A stretch of DNA of 64,000 nt, taken from a virus. The stretch is from IMG/VR virus record IMGVR_UViG_3300046737_000169, positions 9,765-73,764 of that record; one strand, given 5' to 3'. The notes below the pieces were generated by a model. The model was not told the origin of the DNA. It worked only from the letters and a program-made list of their open reading frames with translations, and made no database searches. The position numbers and the translations under genes are program-made. Positions 20,801-30,042 of this stretch are shown here, piece after piece. Numbering within the stretch: the first letter of the stretch is position 1; every line of letters starts with the position of its first letter.

Positions 20801-22137
20801 CCCGCCGCCTCAAGTCTGTTGAAATAAAGAACGTTAAGGGTATCGAATCGCTCACCTTTAGCACCGGCGCCGTGACGGTCCTACGCGGGCGGAACGGCGC
20901 CGGGAAATCATCCGCCATCGACGCGCTGGTGAGTGTCTTTGAGGGAGGCCACGATCCGGCGTTGATCAGGACAGGGGCGAAAGAGGGATCTATCGCCCTG
21001 ATCCTCGACGACGGCGTGACCATCAAGAAGACCATCAAGCCGGAGCGCTCGGTCCTGGAGGTCAGGACCGCCGACAAAGGCAAGGTCTCGGCGGAAGCGA
21101 CCTACGTCAAGAAGCTCGCCAGCGGGCTGAAGTTCAACCCGGCCGCCTTCATCTCGATCTCAGGGAAGGAGCGGGCCGCCGAGCTTAGTAAGGTCATGCC
21201 GGTGCAGTTCAACGGCAAGGAGGTGAACGCCGCGGCGAACGAAGCGATCCTCTCCGAGGGCGAAGTGATCGACCAGCAACGCTTCACCCAGATCAGGGAC
21301 GGGCGCTACGCCTCCAGGACCGACGTGCGGCGCGAGCAGGAAGCCGCCGAGGGGTTCATCATCGAGACCGAGAAGAGCCTCCCCACGGGCACCAGCGCCT
21401 CCTGGCAGGGCGTCGTAGAGATGCTCCGCATCCAGGTGGGCGAAGCCAAGGCCGGCCTGGAGCGCGAGATTGCCGAGATCGATCGCATGGCTTCCCAGGT
21501 GGTCGACGGCCTGCGTGAAGAGCGCGATACCCAGGCCCGCAAGCTGGAGCAGGAGTACAGAGCCGCCCTGCTAGCCGTCGAAACCAAGTTCCGCGACGAA
21601 TATGAGCGCGTCATGCTGGGCGTGAACGTCCGGGTAACCGAGTTTCGCGAGGCGTCCGCCGCTCAACTCGAGGATCTCTCTACTTCACTCGGCCAAGCCG
21701 AGCAATCCCTCGCCGATCAGAACCGCGTCGAAGGCCAGCGCCAACAACTGGAGAAGATGCGGAAGTCTGCCCAGACCTTGCAGGCGCGGTGGGTCCAACT
21801 CGACGGCGCCGTGAAGGGGCTCGACAAGCTCAAGAGTGAGAAGCTCGCGACACTTCCCATTCCTGGCCTCGAAGTGAGGCTCGACGACCGGAACATGCCG
21901 GAGGTCTTTGTCGAAGGCACGCCCTGGCCGCACGTAAATAAGTCGATGCAGTGCAAGATCGCCATCACGATCGCCGCGCAGGCCCTCGGCGAACTGCCGC
22001 TGATGGTGCTCGATGAGGCGGAAGTCCTGGACGACGACAGTATGAAGTTACTCACCGAGGCGGCCAAAGACCTGGGGCTCCAGGTCATCATGGCGCGCGT
22101 CGAATCCGGCGCCGAGCTACAGGCGGTGGAGGCGTAA
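20797..22137 (+). CDS. SbcC/SMC-like ATPase
   Basis: LKSVEIKNVKGI, Walker A GRNGAGKS, long coiled coil, Walker B MVLDEAE. Confidence 0.85.
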   Translation: MTRRLKSVEIKNVKGIESLTFSTGAVTVLRGRNGAGKSSAIDALVSVFEGGHDPALIRTGAKEGSIALILDDGVTIKKTIKPERSVLEVRTADKGKVSAEATYVKKLASGLKFNPAAFISISGKERAAELSKVMPVQFNGKEVNAAANEAILSEGEVIDQQRFTQIRDGRYASRTDVRREQEAAEGFIIETEKSLPTGTSASWQGVVEMLRIQVGEAKAGLEREIAEIDRMASQVVDGLREERDTQARKLEQEYRAALLAVETKFRDEYERVMLGVNVRVTEFREASAAQLEDLSTSLGQAEQSLADQNRVEGQRQQLEKMRKSAQTLQARWVQLDGAVKGLDKLKSEKLATLPIPGLEVRLDDRNMPEVFVEGTPWPHVNKSMQCKIAITIAAQALGELPLMVLDEAEVLDDDSMKLLTEAAKDLGLQVIMARVESGAELQAVEA

Positions 22138-22138
22138 C

Positions 22139-22582
22139 TTGGCCGGCAGCCTCGATCAGGTATGTAGGTTCTTCGGAATAGGTAAGGCTGGTGTCTCGAA
22201 ACCGGAGGTGGTTCAACCGATGGGTATCAAAGACCAAAAACGTTTCGCGGAATTGGACGCGCTGATCAAGGCCGGCTATGGTAACACTCCGCAGGATAAG
22301 ATCCCGATCGAGGTGCTCGACGCCGTCGAAGCCGGCGAAGATATCCCTCACAAGGGGCCGGACGAACGGGACGACCGCTGGGCCAGGGAGGTGGGGGAGC
22401 CTCTCCGGCCGCCGGCCGAGCGCCCCCCGCTGCCGCCGGGCAAGCGGGTGACCACCCAGGCGCAGCGCGATCGCATCAATGAGCGCGCCAGGGCCCGGTG
22501 GTTTTACAAGTACGGGCCGCGTGACCGGCCAGAGAAGAAAGAAGGAACCAACGAATGCCAGGATGCCTGTTCCGCGGAGTAG
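22139..22582 (+). CDS. hypothetical protein (start uncertain)
   Basis: Fills the operon gap; alternative ATG after GGAGG near 22219. Confidence 0.5.
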   Translation: MAGSLDQVCRFFGIGKAGVSKPEVVQPMGIKDQKRFAELDALIKAGYGNTPQDKIPIEVLDAVEAGEDIPHKGPDERDDRWAREVGEPLRPPAERPPLPPGKRVTTQAQRDRINERARARWFYKYGPRDRPEKKEGTNECQDACSAE

Positions 22583-23058
22583 AGATACTCCACTTAGAAC
22601 TGCGGGGGATGGAGAATGCCTTCATGACCTCGATGAAGATGCGAGCCACGCTTTCCCAACCTGTCGCAAAGGAGATGGGTTGGGAGGCGCTGTTAGAGGC
22701 GGACGGCTGGGGGCCCAGTTGCGACCTCAAGTCCAGCGTGGGGAAGGGCAGCGGCACCTTTAAGCCGCATGGCAAGGGCGATGGGGCGATGTCGATCGAG
22801 TTCGATTCGATCGTCAAGTTTAAGGGGATCGAGAGCAACAACGATGCGGGAGGCAACAAGGCCAAGCATAGCGTCGAGTTCGTGCTCAAGACCTCCGGCA
22901 AGGACGCCCTGGCGACCCTCTCCCGGTACTGGATGGACAATCAGCGCATATTCCACCACCTCCAGGTAAAATTTCATGAATTATTGGACGGCCCCCCCGC
23001 GTCTGGGAAGCCCGAGGGTAAGGCCGAGGGTAAGGCCAGCGCCGGCCTTGAGGAGTAA
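22555..23058 (+). CDS. hypothetical protein
   Basis: AAGGA RBS; codon bias. Confidence 0.6.
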   Translation: MPGCLFRGVEILHLELRGMENAFMTSMKMRATLSQPVAKEMGWEALLEADGWGPSCDLKSSVGKGSGTFKPHGKGDGAMSIEFDSIVKFKGIESNNDAGGNKAKHSVEFVLKTSGKDALATLSRYWMDNQRIFHHLQVKFHELLDGPPASGKPEGKAEGKASAGLEE

Positions 23059-23922
23059 ATGAAGCTCGAACAGGTTCCGATCGCCAAGATCAAAGTAAGC
23101 GGTTTCCGGTACAGGCGGGACGCCGGCGACATCGAGGCTCTGGCGGCGAACATCGCCGAGCTTGGATTGCTCCAGCCCGTGGGTATCGACAAGTACTACC
23201 AGTTGATTTACGGGGCCCGGCGCCTGGAAGCCTGCCAGTTGCACCTCAACTGGGAGAAGATCCCGGCGGTCATCGTCGATATCGACTCGGTCTTGGCGGG
23301 CGAGTATTCCGAGAACGAGTTCCGTAAGAGCTTCACGCCGTCCGAGCGATCGGCGATCGGGGCGGCCCTCGAAAAGGAGCTTGCCGGGCGGCATGGCGGC
23401 GATCGTACAAAGGGAGCAATTGCATCTCTTGCTAAGGGGAAGACGACCACCCTCGCCGCCAAGCGGGCCGGGTTCAAGAGCCGGGATACCTACCAGCGCG
23501 CCAAGGCCGTCGTCGCCAAGGGCGCTCCCGAGCTTGTGGCCGCAATGGATGCGGGCAAGGTCTCTATCGACGCGGCCGCCAAAATCGCCTCGCAGCCGAA
23601 AGAAGAGCAGAAGCGGATCGTCTCGCTGCCCAAGGAGCGCCAGCGCGAGATCGTCAACCGCATCCGGAAAACGAAGGCCGACAAGGAGAAGAGCGAGAAG
23701 CGCTCCTTTGATCTGCGGGTCTACCGCGGGCTCCATGACGCGGTCTCGTTCGTTGCGGACCATCATCAAGATCCCAAGTCCACCTGGGAGGGCTTGCAGC
23801 GCGTGAGCGCCTATAAGTTCTCCGAGAACCTCCACCTCGCCATTGCCTGCTTAGTCAGATTACAAAAGGAGCACCCGAATGCCCCAAGAAAACCTGGGCT
23901 TGTTGCGAAGGCAACTCGTTAA
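23059..23922 (+). CDS. ParB N-terminal domain protein
   Basis: LAANIAELGLLQPV..LIYGARRLEA..EN..RKSFTPSE. Confidence 0.85.
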   Translation: MKLEQVPIAKIKVSGFRYRRDAGDIEALAANIAELGLLQPVGIDKYYQLIYGARRLEACQLHLNWEKIPAVIVDIDSVLAGEYSENEFRKSFTPSERSAIGAALEKELAGRHGGDRTKGAIASLAKGKTTTLAAKRAGFKSRDTYQRAKAVVAKGAPELVAAMDAGKVSIDAAAKIASQPKEEQKRIVSLPKERQREIVNRIRKTKADKEKSEKRSFDLRVYRGLHDAVSFVADHHQDPKSTWEGLQRVSAYKFSENLHLAIACLVRLQKEHPNAPRKPGLVAKATR

Positions 23923-24436
23923 TATCGCCAAAGAAGAGGTTCGGGCTAGTCTGCGGACTGGCAAGACCGACCGGGAGACCGTGGCGCTGAGAGTCGAAGA
24001 CCGCGCTTCGACCCTCCTCACGAAACTGGCGCCCGTGATGGTGAGCGCAGAGTTGCGTAACATCGTCGCGCACTTACTCAAGAAGACAGATATCCGCAGC
24101 GGCGAAGAAGAGGAAGAGAAGGCCACCAGCGAAACCTACCGCCAGATGGAGTTAGCTGAGATGGATGAGTTCCGGGGCATCGACCCGAATGTCACTTATG
24201 TGGACAAGCCCGGCCATGTGGCCTACATACCGTACCTGAAGACCAGGCAGGCGCAGCGCGCGGCGGCCCTGAAATACCTCGACCAGGGCATTGCGGCCGA
24301 CTTGGAGAAGCGCCAGGCGATGGAAGCCGGCAACGACTTCGCCGATACGCTGGTGGAGCTCTACGGGGACGAAGAACTCCTCGATCTCTACGTGAAGTGG
24401 AAGACCGCCGATGATGAGCGGGCGTCCAGCGAATGA
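23879..24436 (+). CDS. hypothetical protein
   Basis: AAGGAG RBS; overlaps the ParB gene end. Confidence 0.65.
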   Translation: MPQENLGLLRRQLVNIAKEEVRASLRTGKTDRETVALRVEDRASTLLTKLAPVMVSAELRNIVAHLLKKTDIRSGEEEEEKATSETYRQMELAEMDEFRGIDPNVTYVDKPGHVAYIPYLKTRQAQRAAALKYLDQGIAADLEKRQAMEAGNDFADTLVELYGDEELLDLYVKWKTADDERASSE

Positions 24437-25137
24437 ACGCCCTGGATACCTGGCGCGCGAGCCTCCCAGACACTCCCGAGGAGCGGCTTCCCAAGCCGCT
24501 CAAGTTAGTAATACCTGGCGCTCCGCGTACGAAAAAGAACAGCCCGGTCCTGATTACTGGAATGACCGATGCCTGGCTGAAGGACTTAGTCATGGACTTC
24601 CAACGGGAGTTAGTACCGATCCGGTTCCAGGAGGAGGCAACCGTCCTCGAATGGCTCCGCAACCGCGAGACGGCCCTGCCGCACCCGAAGTTACTCCCGT
24701 CCCAGGCTTACCGGGACTGGGAAGCGGCTGCGATCAAAGGTGTCTTGCCGGAGCTAGAACCGCTGCGGAAGTATTTCCCGATTAACTACTCCTGTCACTT
24801 ACTCGCCAAGGTATACCGCGAGCGCGATGCCGGCGATTGGTGCGGCTACATGCAGGGCATTGGTGACTTCCTGGAGGACATTGGCGTCCTCGAAGACGAC
24901 GTGCTCCTGCGCTCGTTCGATGGCAGCCGGCTGCTCAAAGATGCGGAGAATCCCAGGATCGAATTATGGCTCTTGCCGTATTACCAGGAAACCGGCATGG
25001 GGCTGTTCGAGCTACCAGCCAGGGAATGGGCCCAGCATGAGGAGCCGGAGCCCGAGGAAGTCGTCTCGGCCGACGAGGAGCAGCGCAGGACCGGGTCCAT
25101 CCTATACAGCATCTACGGCGGGCGCCGGCATGGATAG
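24433..25137 (+). CDS. RusA-like Holliday junction resolvase
   Basis: IPGAPRTKKN; D..GYMQGIGDFLEDIGVLEDD; DAENPRIEL. Confidence 0.65.
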   Translation: MNALDTWRASLPDTPEERLPKPLKLVIPGAPRTKKNSPVLITGMTDAWLKDLVMDFQRELVPIRFQEEATVLEWLRNRETALPHPKLLPSQAYRDWEAAAIKGVLPELEPLRKYFPINYSCHLLAKVYRERDAGDWCGYMQGIGDFLEDIGVLEDDVLLRSFDGSRLLKDAENPRIELWLLPYYQETGMGLFELPAREWAQHEEPEPEEVVSADEEQRRTGSILYSIYGGRRHG

Positions 25138-25336
25138 GCCAAAGATCATCACCGACCCGACAATCCCCGCGAACATGATCTACTTCATGCCTGACCGCGT
25201 GATCGAACAGCTAGCGGACTTAGCTCTCGCGAAGTTCTGGGGCCGGATCAGCAACGAACAGTTCGAGCGCCGCATGGACGGGATCGTCGAAGAGTACAAG
25301 CGCCATATAGGCGTCGTCAGGAACATCGGTGGATAG
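25130..25336 (+). CDS. hypothetical protein
   Basis: Internal ATG (MDRPKII..) overlapping the previous stop. Confidence 0.55.
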   Translation: MDRPKIITDPTIPANMIYFMPDRVIEQLADLALAKFWGRISNEQFERRMDGIVEEYKRHIGVVRNIGG

Positions 25337-25487
25337 CAACTGGAAGGACGCCACCGTGGACGAGATCGCGCAGGAGCTTGCCGCTGGGTTTGTTTATCTA
25401 GCGAGCAGGATTCGGCAGGAAGATACTGGCGAGGACATCGAGAGTTGTATTCGCCAAATGACAAAAGCGTGGAATAAAGGAAAATGA
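25329..25487 (+). CDS. small hypothetical protein (52 aa, below the ORF-track cutoff)
   Basis: GTG..TGA overlaps both neighbours; DATVDEIAQELAAGFVYLASRI. Confidence 0.45.
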   Translation: MDSNWKDATVDEIAQELAAGFVYLASRIRQEDTGEDIESCIRQMTKAWNKGK

Positions 25488-25879
25488 AAGAACTTACTCA
25501 GCACATAGTCGAAGGTGATTCGGCGAATCACCAACTGAAGATCCAGGTGATGGACGAGCCAGGCGCCGGCGGTGCGTGCCACCGCTACGAAGTTACTGGC
25601 TTTAACACCGAGACTAACAAGTCCAAGGAAGGGGCCGCGTCGAACGGCGTTGTGATCCTATTCCAGAACGGGCCCATCAAGGAGGTTGGCGTCAATGGCG
25701 TCACCCATGAGGCGCTCCTGACCATAGTGATCGATCGCCTCGTAGCGTTTCAGGAAGGGCCGTTCTACTGCTCTGAGAATCAGTTGGCTCTGCAGCACGC
25801 AGCGCACTGCCTGAACGCGCTGCAGCTTCGCACCAAGGCTCGCATCGCCCGCGGCGTGGAAGGGACTCACGAGAAATAA
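25484..25879 (+). CDS. tad1: Tad1-family anti-defence nucleotide sponge
   Basis: GAGGACHRY..FQNGP..GV..EALL.IVIDRL..FQ.GPF...EN..AL.H..R..RIARGVEGT matches the Tad1 pattern along its whole length. Confidence 0.85.
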   Translation: MKELTQHIVEGDSANHQLKIQVMDEPGAGGACHRYEVTGFNTETNKSKEGAASNGVVILFQNGPIKEVGVNGVTHEALLTIVIDRLVAFQEGPFYCSENQLALQHAAHCLNALQLRTKARIARGVEGTHEK

Positions 25880-25880
25880 C

Positions 25881-26090
25881 ATGGAACCTATCATGCAGTT
25901 TTTCGCCTACACACATCTGCCGCTTCACTTGCAGGATGTAAGTGAACCGTTCTGCGCGCTGGCCCAGACGATTGTGGCAAGTCTACCGAGGAACCCGGAG
26001 CGTACCGTAGCTCTGCGAAAGCTCCTCGAAGCAAAGGACGCCGCCGTACGTGCCAAGCTCTACAAAGAAAACGAAGCTCCCCAAGGCTAA
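25881..26090 (+). CDS. small helical-hairpin protein, Acb2/Tad1-hairpin-like candidate
   Basis: FAYTHLP..LA..I..LPRNPERTVALRKLLEAKDAAVRA; adjacent to tad1. Confidence 0.55.
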   Translation: MEPIMQFFAYTHLPLHLQDVSEPFCALAQTIVASLPRNPERTVALRKLLEAKDAAVRAKLYKENEAPQG

Positions 26091-26418
26091 GAGCGAGCCC
26101 GAGGAACGGTTCGCGATCGCCTGGCGCACGCTGGGCGGTCAGAAGCCCGAGCGCGAGTACCGGTTCACGCCTGACCGGAAGTGGCGCTTTGACTTCGCCT
26201 GGCCGGAGGTCCGGATTGCAGTCGAGATCGAGGGCGGCATCAACGAGGGGAAGCACCGCGGCTACCACATGCGAACAAAAGGGTTCCTCAAAGATGCCGA
26301 GAAGTATAATCGCGCCAGCACTTTAGGCTGGCGTATATACAGATTTGCCCCGAGCCAGATCCAGCCGGCGGCTCTCGAGGAAATCATCTCGGAGATCAGA
26401 AAGTCAGGGCGAGGTTGA
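26050..26418 (+). CDS. PD-(D/E)xK endonuclease (DUF559/Vsr-like)
   Basis: EREYRF..RKWRFDFAWP..IAVEIEGG..DAEKYN...LGW. Confidence 0.85.
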   Translation: MPSSTKKTKLPKAKSEPEERFAIAWRTLGGQKPEREYRFTPDRKWRFDFAWPEVRIAVEIEGGINEGKHRGYHMRTKGFLKDAEKYNRASTLGWRIYRFAPSQIQPAALEEIISEIRKSGRG

Positions 26419-26419
26419 C

Positions 26420-26632
26420 ATGGACGACAAAGAGATACTTGAGCGGGTCCGCGAGGCTATAGCCTGCCTGGACGAGGCCCAGCTTGATCTGCCGATGAAC
26501 ACGCGCGAGCAGCGCAAGCTCCACACCCGCATCCAGGACGCTGGCGATCGGCTCGTGGAGGTCAGGGAAGAACTCCAGGTCCGGATCGGCGCGCAGGAAA
26601 ACTTGAAGCGTGTGCTTGAGCGTAAATCGTGA
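26420..26632 (+). CDS. hypothetical coiled-coil protein
   Basis: GAGG RBS before ATG 26420. Confidence 0.6.
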   Translation: MDDKEILERVREAIACLDEAQLDLPMNTREQRKLHTRIQDAGDRLVEVREELQVRIGAQENLKRVLERKS

Positions 26633-26674
26633 GAAAACCCTTGCGAAACGCGCATCTGGTTTGATAAAGTTACT

Positions 26675-26788
26675 CCGTTCGACGGAAGCGGCGAGGCTTG
26701 ATCACCCCGCCGTACGAACGGATTAGCCGGGAGCAGCCAGGGGGACTCCTATACCCCTGGCTCCCCGGAAGCCCAAATAGGAGGGGCC
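26675..26788 (+). ncRNA. structured leader / possible C4-like regulatory RNA upstream of the replication initiator
   Basis: Promoter-like TTGCGA..TAAAGT at 26641-26670; stem CCGTTCG..CGAACGG with inner TTGATCA loop; second stem whose loop CTCCTAT complements the SD ATAGGAG. Confidence 0.4.
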
Positions 26789-27727
26789 ATGCGAACCCGC
26801 ATTCTGAAACCTGGATTCTTCAAGAACGAAACCCTCGCCGAGCTTGGCTCACACGCCATGCTCCTCTACCAAGGACTCTGGCTGCTAGCTGATCGGGACG
26901 GTAGATTGGAGGACCGGCCCAAACGCATCAGGGCCGAGGTCTTCCCTTACTTCGCAGATCAAAACGTAAACGGGCTTCTTGAATCCCTTGCGAAAGCCGG
27001 GTTTATCAAACGCTATGTTGTAGCGGGGAAGGGGTTCATCTCGATCCCAACGTGGCTCAAACACCAAACTCCTCACCACAAGGAAGCGCCATCAGAGATC
27101 CCCCCGAATGAGGGCGGGATTGATGCTTGCGTCAATCTTGAGTCAATCTTGAACCAAGATCAAGCCGAGCTTGAACCGAGCATGGATGAAGAGTCCATCT
27201 TGAACGGCGCGATCAAGAAGCCTCATTCCTCTATTTCTATTTCTGTTCCTGTTTCTGTTTCTATTCCTGTTTCTATTCCTGTTTCAGATTCAGTTCCTGT
27301 TGCCGCCGCTGAAGCGGCGGGGGAGATTGTTTCCTCAAAGTTTGTTCTTCTTTCTCCTGATACGGATAAGCCTTCAGTATCAGTAACCCAGCACAAACAC
27401 AAACCCGTGTACCCAAACGGATTCCAGAACTACCTCACGGTCTTCTATGCTGGCGGAAAACTCCTGAGCCCTGACGATGAAAACAAAGCCTTCAGGGCAT
27501 GGAAAAAGCTGCCACTTGCCGGTCAAATTGCAGCGGGCGAGAACGCTATTGAGATCGTCAAGGACCGCGAACCAAAATACATTCCCCTCCCGGCCAACCA
27601 TCTACGAGACAAGCCGTGGACCCGCACCGGACCTGGGCGCATGGTCCCGCTGCCACCCAAGAGCGCCCGAGAGGCAAACCAACTCGAAGCCGAGCGGCTA
27701 TTCGATGAACGGAGGAAAACGAGATGA
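26789..27727 (+). CDS. phage replication initiator (replisome organiser)
   Basis: MRTRILKPGFF..LLYQGLWLLADRDGRLED..W.KHQ N-terminal domain; internal low-complexity linker. Confidence 0.8.
   Translation: MRTRILKPGFFKNETLAELGSHAMLLYQGLWLLADRDGRLEDRPKRIRAEVFPYFADQNVNGLLESLAKAGFIKRYVVAGKGFISIPTWLKHQTPHHKEAPSEIPPNEGGIDACVNLESILNQDQAELEPSMDEESILNGAIKKPHSSISISVPVSVSIPVSIPVSDSVPVAAAEAAGEIVSSKFVLLSPDTDKPSVSVTQHKHKPVYPNGFQNYLTVFYAGGKLLSPDDENKAFRAWKKLPLAGQIAAGENAIEIVKDREPKYIPLPANHLRDKPWTRTGPGRMVPLPPKSAREANQLEAERLFDERRKTR
27120..27301. repeat. iteron-like repeats and pyrimidine tract, probable replication origin
   Basis: GTCAATCTTGA x2, GTCCATCTTGA and GAGCTTGAAC variants, then (TTCTAT/TTCTGT/TTCCTG)n. 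Confidence 0.55.
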
Positions 27728-28233
27728 CGAGGATGGAGCACGCGATCAAGAAGGCCGTAGGCGAGTTCGGAATGCTCAAGTACTTCCCGAGCGATGCGGC
27801 GTCCAAAGCGGGCGTTATGGAGCTCCTGGAGCGAATGGTGAGGACTCCAGAGGAACTGGCTTGGCTCGTCCGTACGATGGTTGATCGTGTGGGCGAATGG
27901 CGCGGGCCCAAGGAACTGCGCGGCGTGTTCTGCACCCGGTTCGCCCCAGCAGACGGCGTCGACGTGGACTGCCTGGAAACGCCCGGCTTCACACCGGAGG
28001 CGCTCGAAGGCCGCAGCGCCTACGAGCACGAGGAACACAAGTTCCTGGGCGCTGGCGCCTCAGTGGCGCTTCTGCCGGCGATGGAGGCGAAGTGGGAGGC
28101 GTTGCCGCCCGAGAACCCGCCTGAGCCGCCGCCCGTGCCTGGAGAGCGCCGAGCCGCCCGTCCGCTGAAGCAGATCACCGAGCACAGTGAAGCCGAGATC
28201 AACCAGCGGCTCCGCGACATCGGGGCCGCATGA
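27724..28233 (+). CDS. hypothetical protein, possible helicase loader
   Basis: ATGA overlap after the initiator gene; function from position only. Confidence 0.55.
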   Translation: MTRMEHAIKKAVGEFGMLKYFPSDAASKAGVMELLERMVRTPEELAWLVRTMVDRVGEWRGPKELRGVFCTRFAPADGVDVDCLETPGFTPEALEGRSAYEHEEHKFLGAGASVALLPAMEAKWEALPPENPPEPPPVPGERRAARPLKQITEHSEAEINQRLRDIGAA

Positions 28234-28526
28234 CCGAACCGAACTGGAATTGCCTGCACTGCAAGGGCAGCGCCTACGAGCGCACTTGGCTGCTCATCAC
28301 CTACACCCGCCATCCAAGCGGAGATCAGAAACACTGCGAGGAGAATGAAATCACCGAGGAGGCCGCCAAGAAGCTCATGCAAGAGGTCGACGGGCACTTC
28401 CAGAAAGTTGTCGACGCCGTGAAGTACTGCCGCTGCCACTACGGGCGGCATATCAGGCAGATGCGCCTCGCCCGCCTGTCCGAGGAAGAGGACAAAGCCC
28501 ACCGGGGCAGCAAGAGGGCCTCGTGA
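28230..28526 (+). CDS. hypothetical Zn-binding protein
   Basis: CLHCKG..CRC. Confidence 0.6.
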   Translation: MTEPNWNCLHCKGSAYERTWLLITYTRHPSGDQKHCEENEITEEAAKKLMQEVDGHFQKVVDAVKYCRCHYGRHIRQMRLARLSEEEDKAHRGSKRAS

Positions 28527-28789
28527 GCAAGCAGCGTGAGTACCGGATGGTCAACTTCGACCAGAGCGAGATCGCGGTGCGGATGATGGAGTCGCTGCAT
28601 GGCATTAAGAGGCCGCCCGGCATGAGCGCCGAGGAGGCCATCCGGCATGTGGACCCGACCGTGGCCAAAGAGTACCTGGAGGCGGCCGAGGTGGTCTTCG
28701 ACTACATGCTGGAGCAGTTGGACGCTACAGGATTTGTGAAGTGGGCCCGAAAGTACAGGACGTCGGACGAGGACGTGGGCGTTCAGTGA
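28523..28789 (+). CDS. hypothetical protein
   Basis: GTGA overlap coupling; codon bias. Confidence 0.6.
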   Translation: MSKQREYRMVNFDQSEIAVRMMESLHGIKRPPGMSAEEAIRHVDPTVAKEYLEAAEVVFDYMLEQLDATGFVKWARKYRTSDEDVGVQ

Positions 28790-28869
28790 ATCAGGGGAGC
28801 CGCTGGCGGAACGAGGTGTCACCGACATTCCGCCGTGATGGACAACGGCCGGCTCCCCCCGGTCACACT

Positions 28870-30042
28870 CTACCCTGCCTGGTTGGTCAGATCAACGCGC
28901 GTACCTGGACCGCCGGCTTTCTTCTTCCGGCCGCCTCCCTTGGGCCGGCCCTGGCGCCAGCAGTTGCTGTTGTTGAGTTGCCGGCAATGCGTCGAGCAGA
29001 ACACCGGCTTGCCATGTATCTCTTGGCGGCGGCGCTGATCCACGGTGCCCTGGAAGGCTTTCTTGCAAGTGCCGCAAGTGAACCAGAATTGCGCTTTCTG
29101 GAGGTTCTTCTGATACCACTTGTTGCGGCATTCCCGTGTGCAGAACTTTGAGTTCCAGCCCATCGGCGCCGGTTGGTAGGTCACGCCGCACCCGTCGCAG
29201 ACGCGCTCCGGCTGCACATAGACCTCGCGCATGAGGGCCTGCGCCTTGTGGAGGTGCTCGTCGGCTTCCTTGGACCGCGGCGAGCGGATCGGGTTGGGGA
29301 TGCCGTCGAAGCCGCCGCCAAAGGTGGCCCCGTGGATATGCGCGCGATCGGACAGGTGCTGCGCCACGTCCGGCGTGTGCAGGCCGGTCTTTTTGTTGAA
29401 CCCGGCGGCGCGCTTGAAGTCGACCGCCTTGATGCCGTGTGTGAAGTTGACGTGGTTCCCCAGGCGCTTGCCGACCCAGTTGCAGCCGTCGATCAGGCAG
29501 GGTAACTCGCCCTGCATGAGGAACTCGTCGTAGCACTGGGGCAGGGCGATCTCCTCTGGGTTGGCGACCCAGCGGTCGAAGCGGCCCGCCATGAAGGCCC
29601 GGTAGCAGCGGTGGCTGCAGTACTTCTTCTTTCCCCGCTGGCTGAACTCGACCTGGATCGTCGCTTGGCAGTTCAGGCACGGCTGCTCAATCGTGCCTTC
29701 GTGGAGCCGCCCGGTGCGTTTCAGGATACCGGCAGCGAGAGCCTTCTTCATGTTCTCGGCCGCTTGTTGCTTGAACTGGTCCGAACCGAGGTAGCACTTC
29801 AGGCTGCAATACCTCTTCGGCGCCCGCGAGCCGAACTCCTTGAGACAGGTTGGACAGGTGTACATGGGCAGCGGCTTGCGCTGCTTGCGGAGGCCGGCGT
29901 TGCCGCAGACCGCCGAGCAGTACCCTCGCTTGGTGCGGTTGTATTTCTTCACTTGCCAGGGCTTGCCCAGGAACTCGGCGCCGCAATGGGTGCAGGGAAT
30001 ATACTTCGGGGCCGGATAGTTGCTGCTCATGAGGGTAGCCAC
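28870..30042 (-). CDS. multi-zinc-finger (TRASH-like) protein with a central MucR/Ros-like finger
   Basis: Five CxxC..(Y/F)C(S/T)xxC units; CLIDGC..KRLGNHV..THG...DFK. Confidence 0.7.
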   Translation of the reverse strand: MATLMSSNYPAPKYIPCTHCGAEFLGKPWQVKKYNRTKRGYCSAVCGNAGLRKQRKPLPMYTCPTCLKEFGSRAPKRYCSLKCYLGSDQFKQQAAENMKKALAAGILKRTGRLHEGTIEQPCLNCQATIQVEFSQRGKKKYCSHRCYRAFMAGRFDRWVANPEEIALPQCYDEFLMQGELPCLIDGCNWVGKRLGNHVNFTHGIKAVDFKRAAGFNKKTGLHTPDVAQHLSDRAHIHGATFGGGFDGIPNPIRSPRSKEADEHLHKAQALMREVYVQPERVCDGCGVTYQPAPMGWNSKFCTRECRNKWYQKNLQKAQFWFTCGTCKKAFQGTVDQRRRQEIHGKPVFCSTHCRQLNNSNCWRQGRPKGGGRKKKAGGPGTRVDLTNQAG

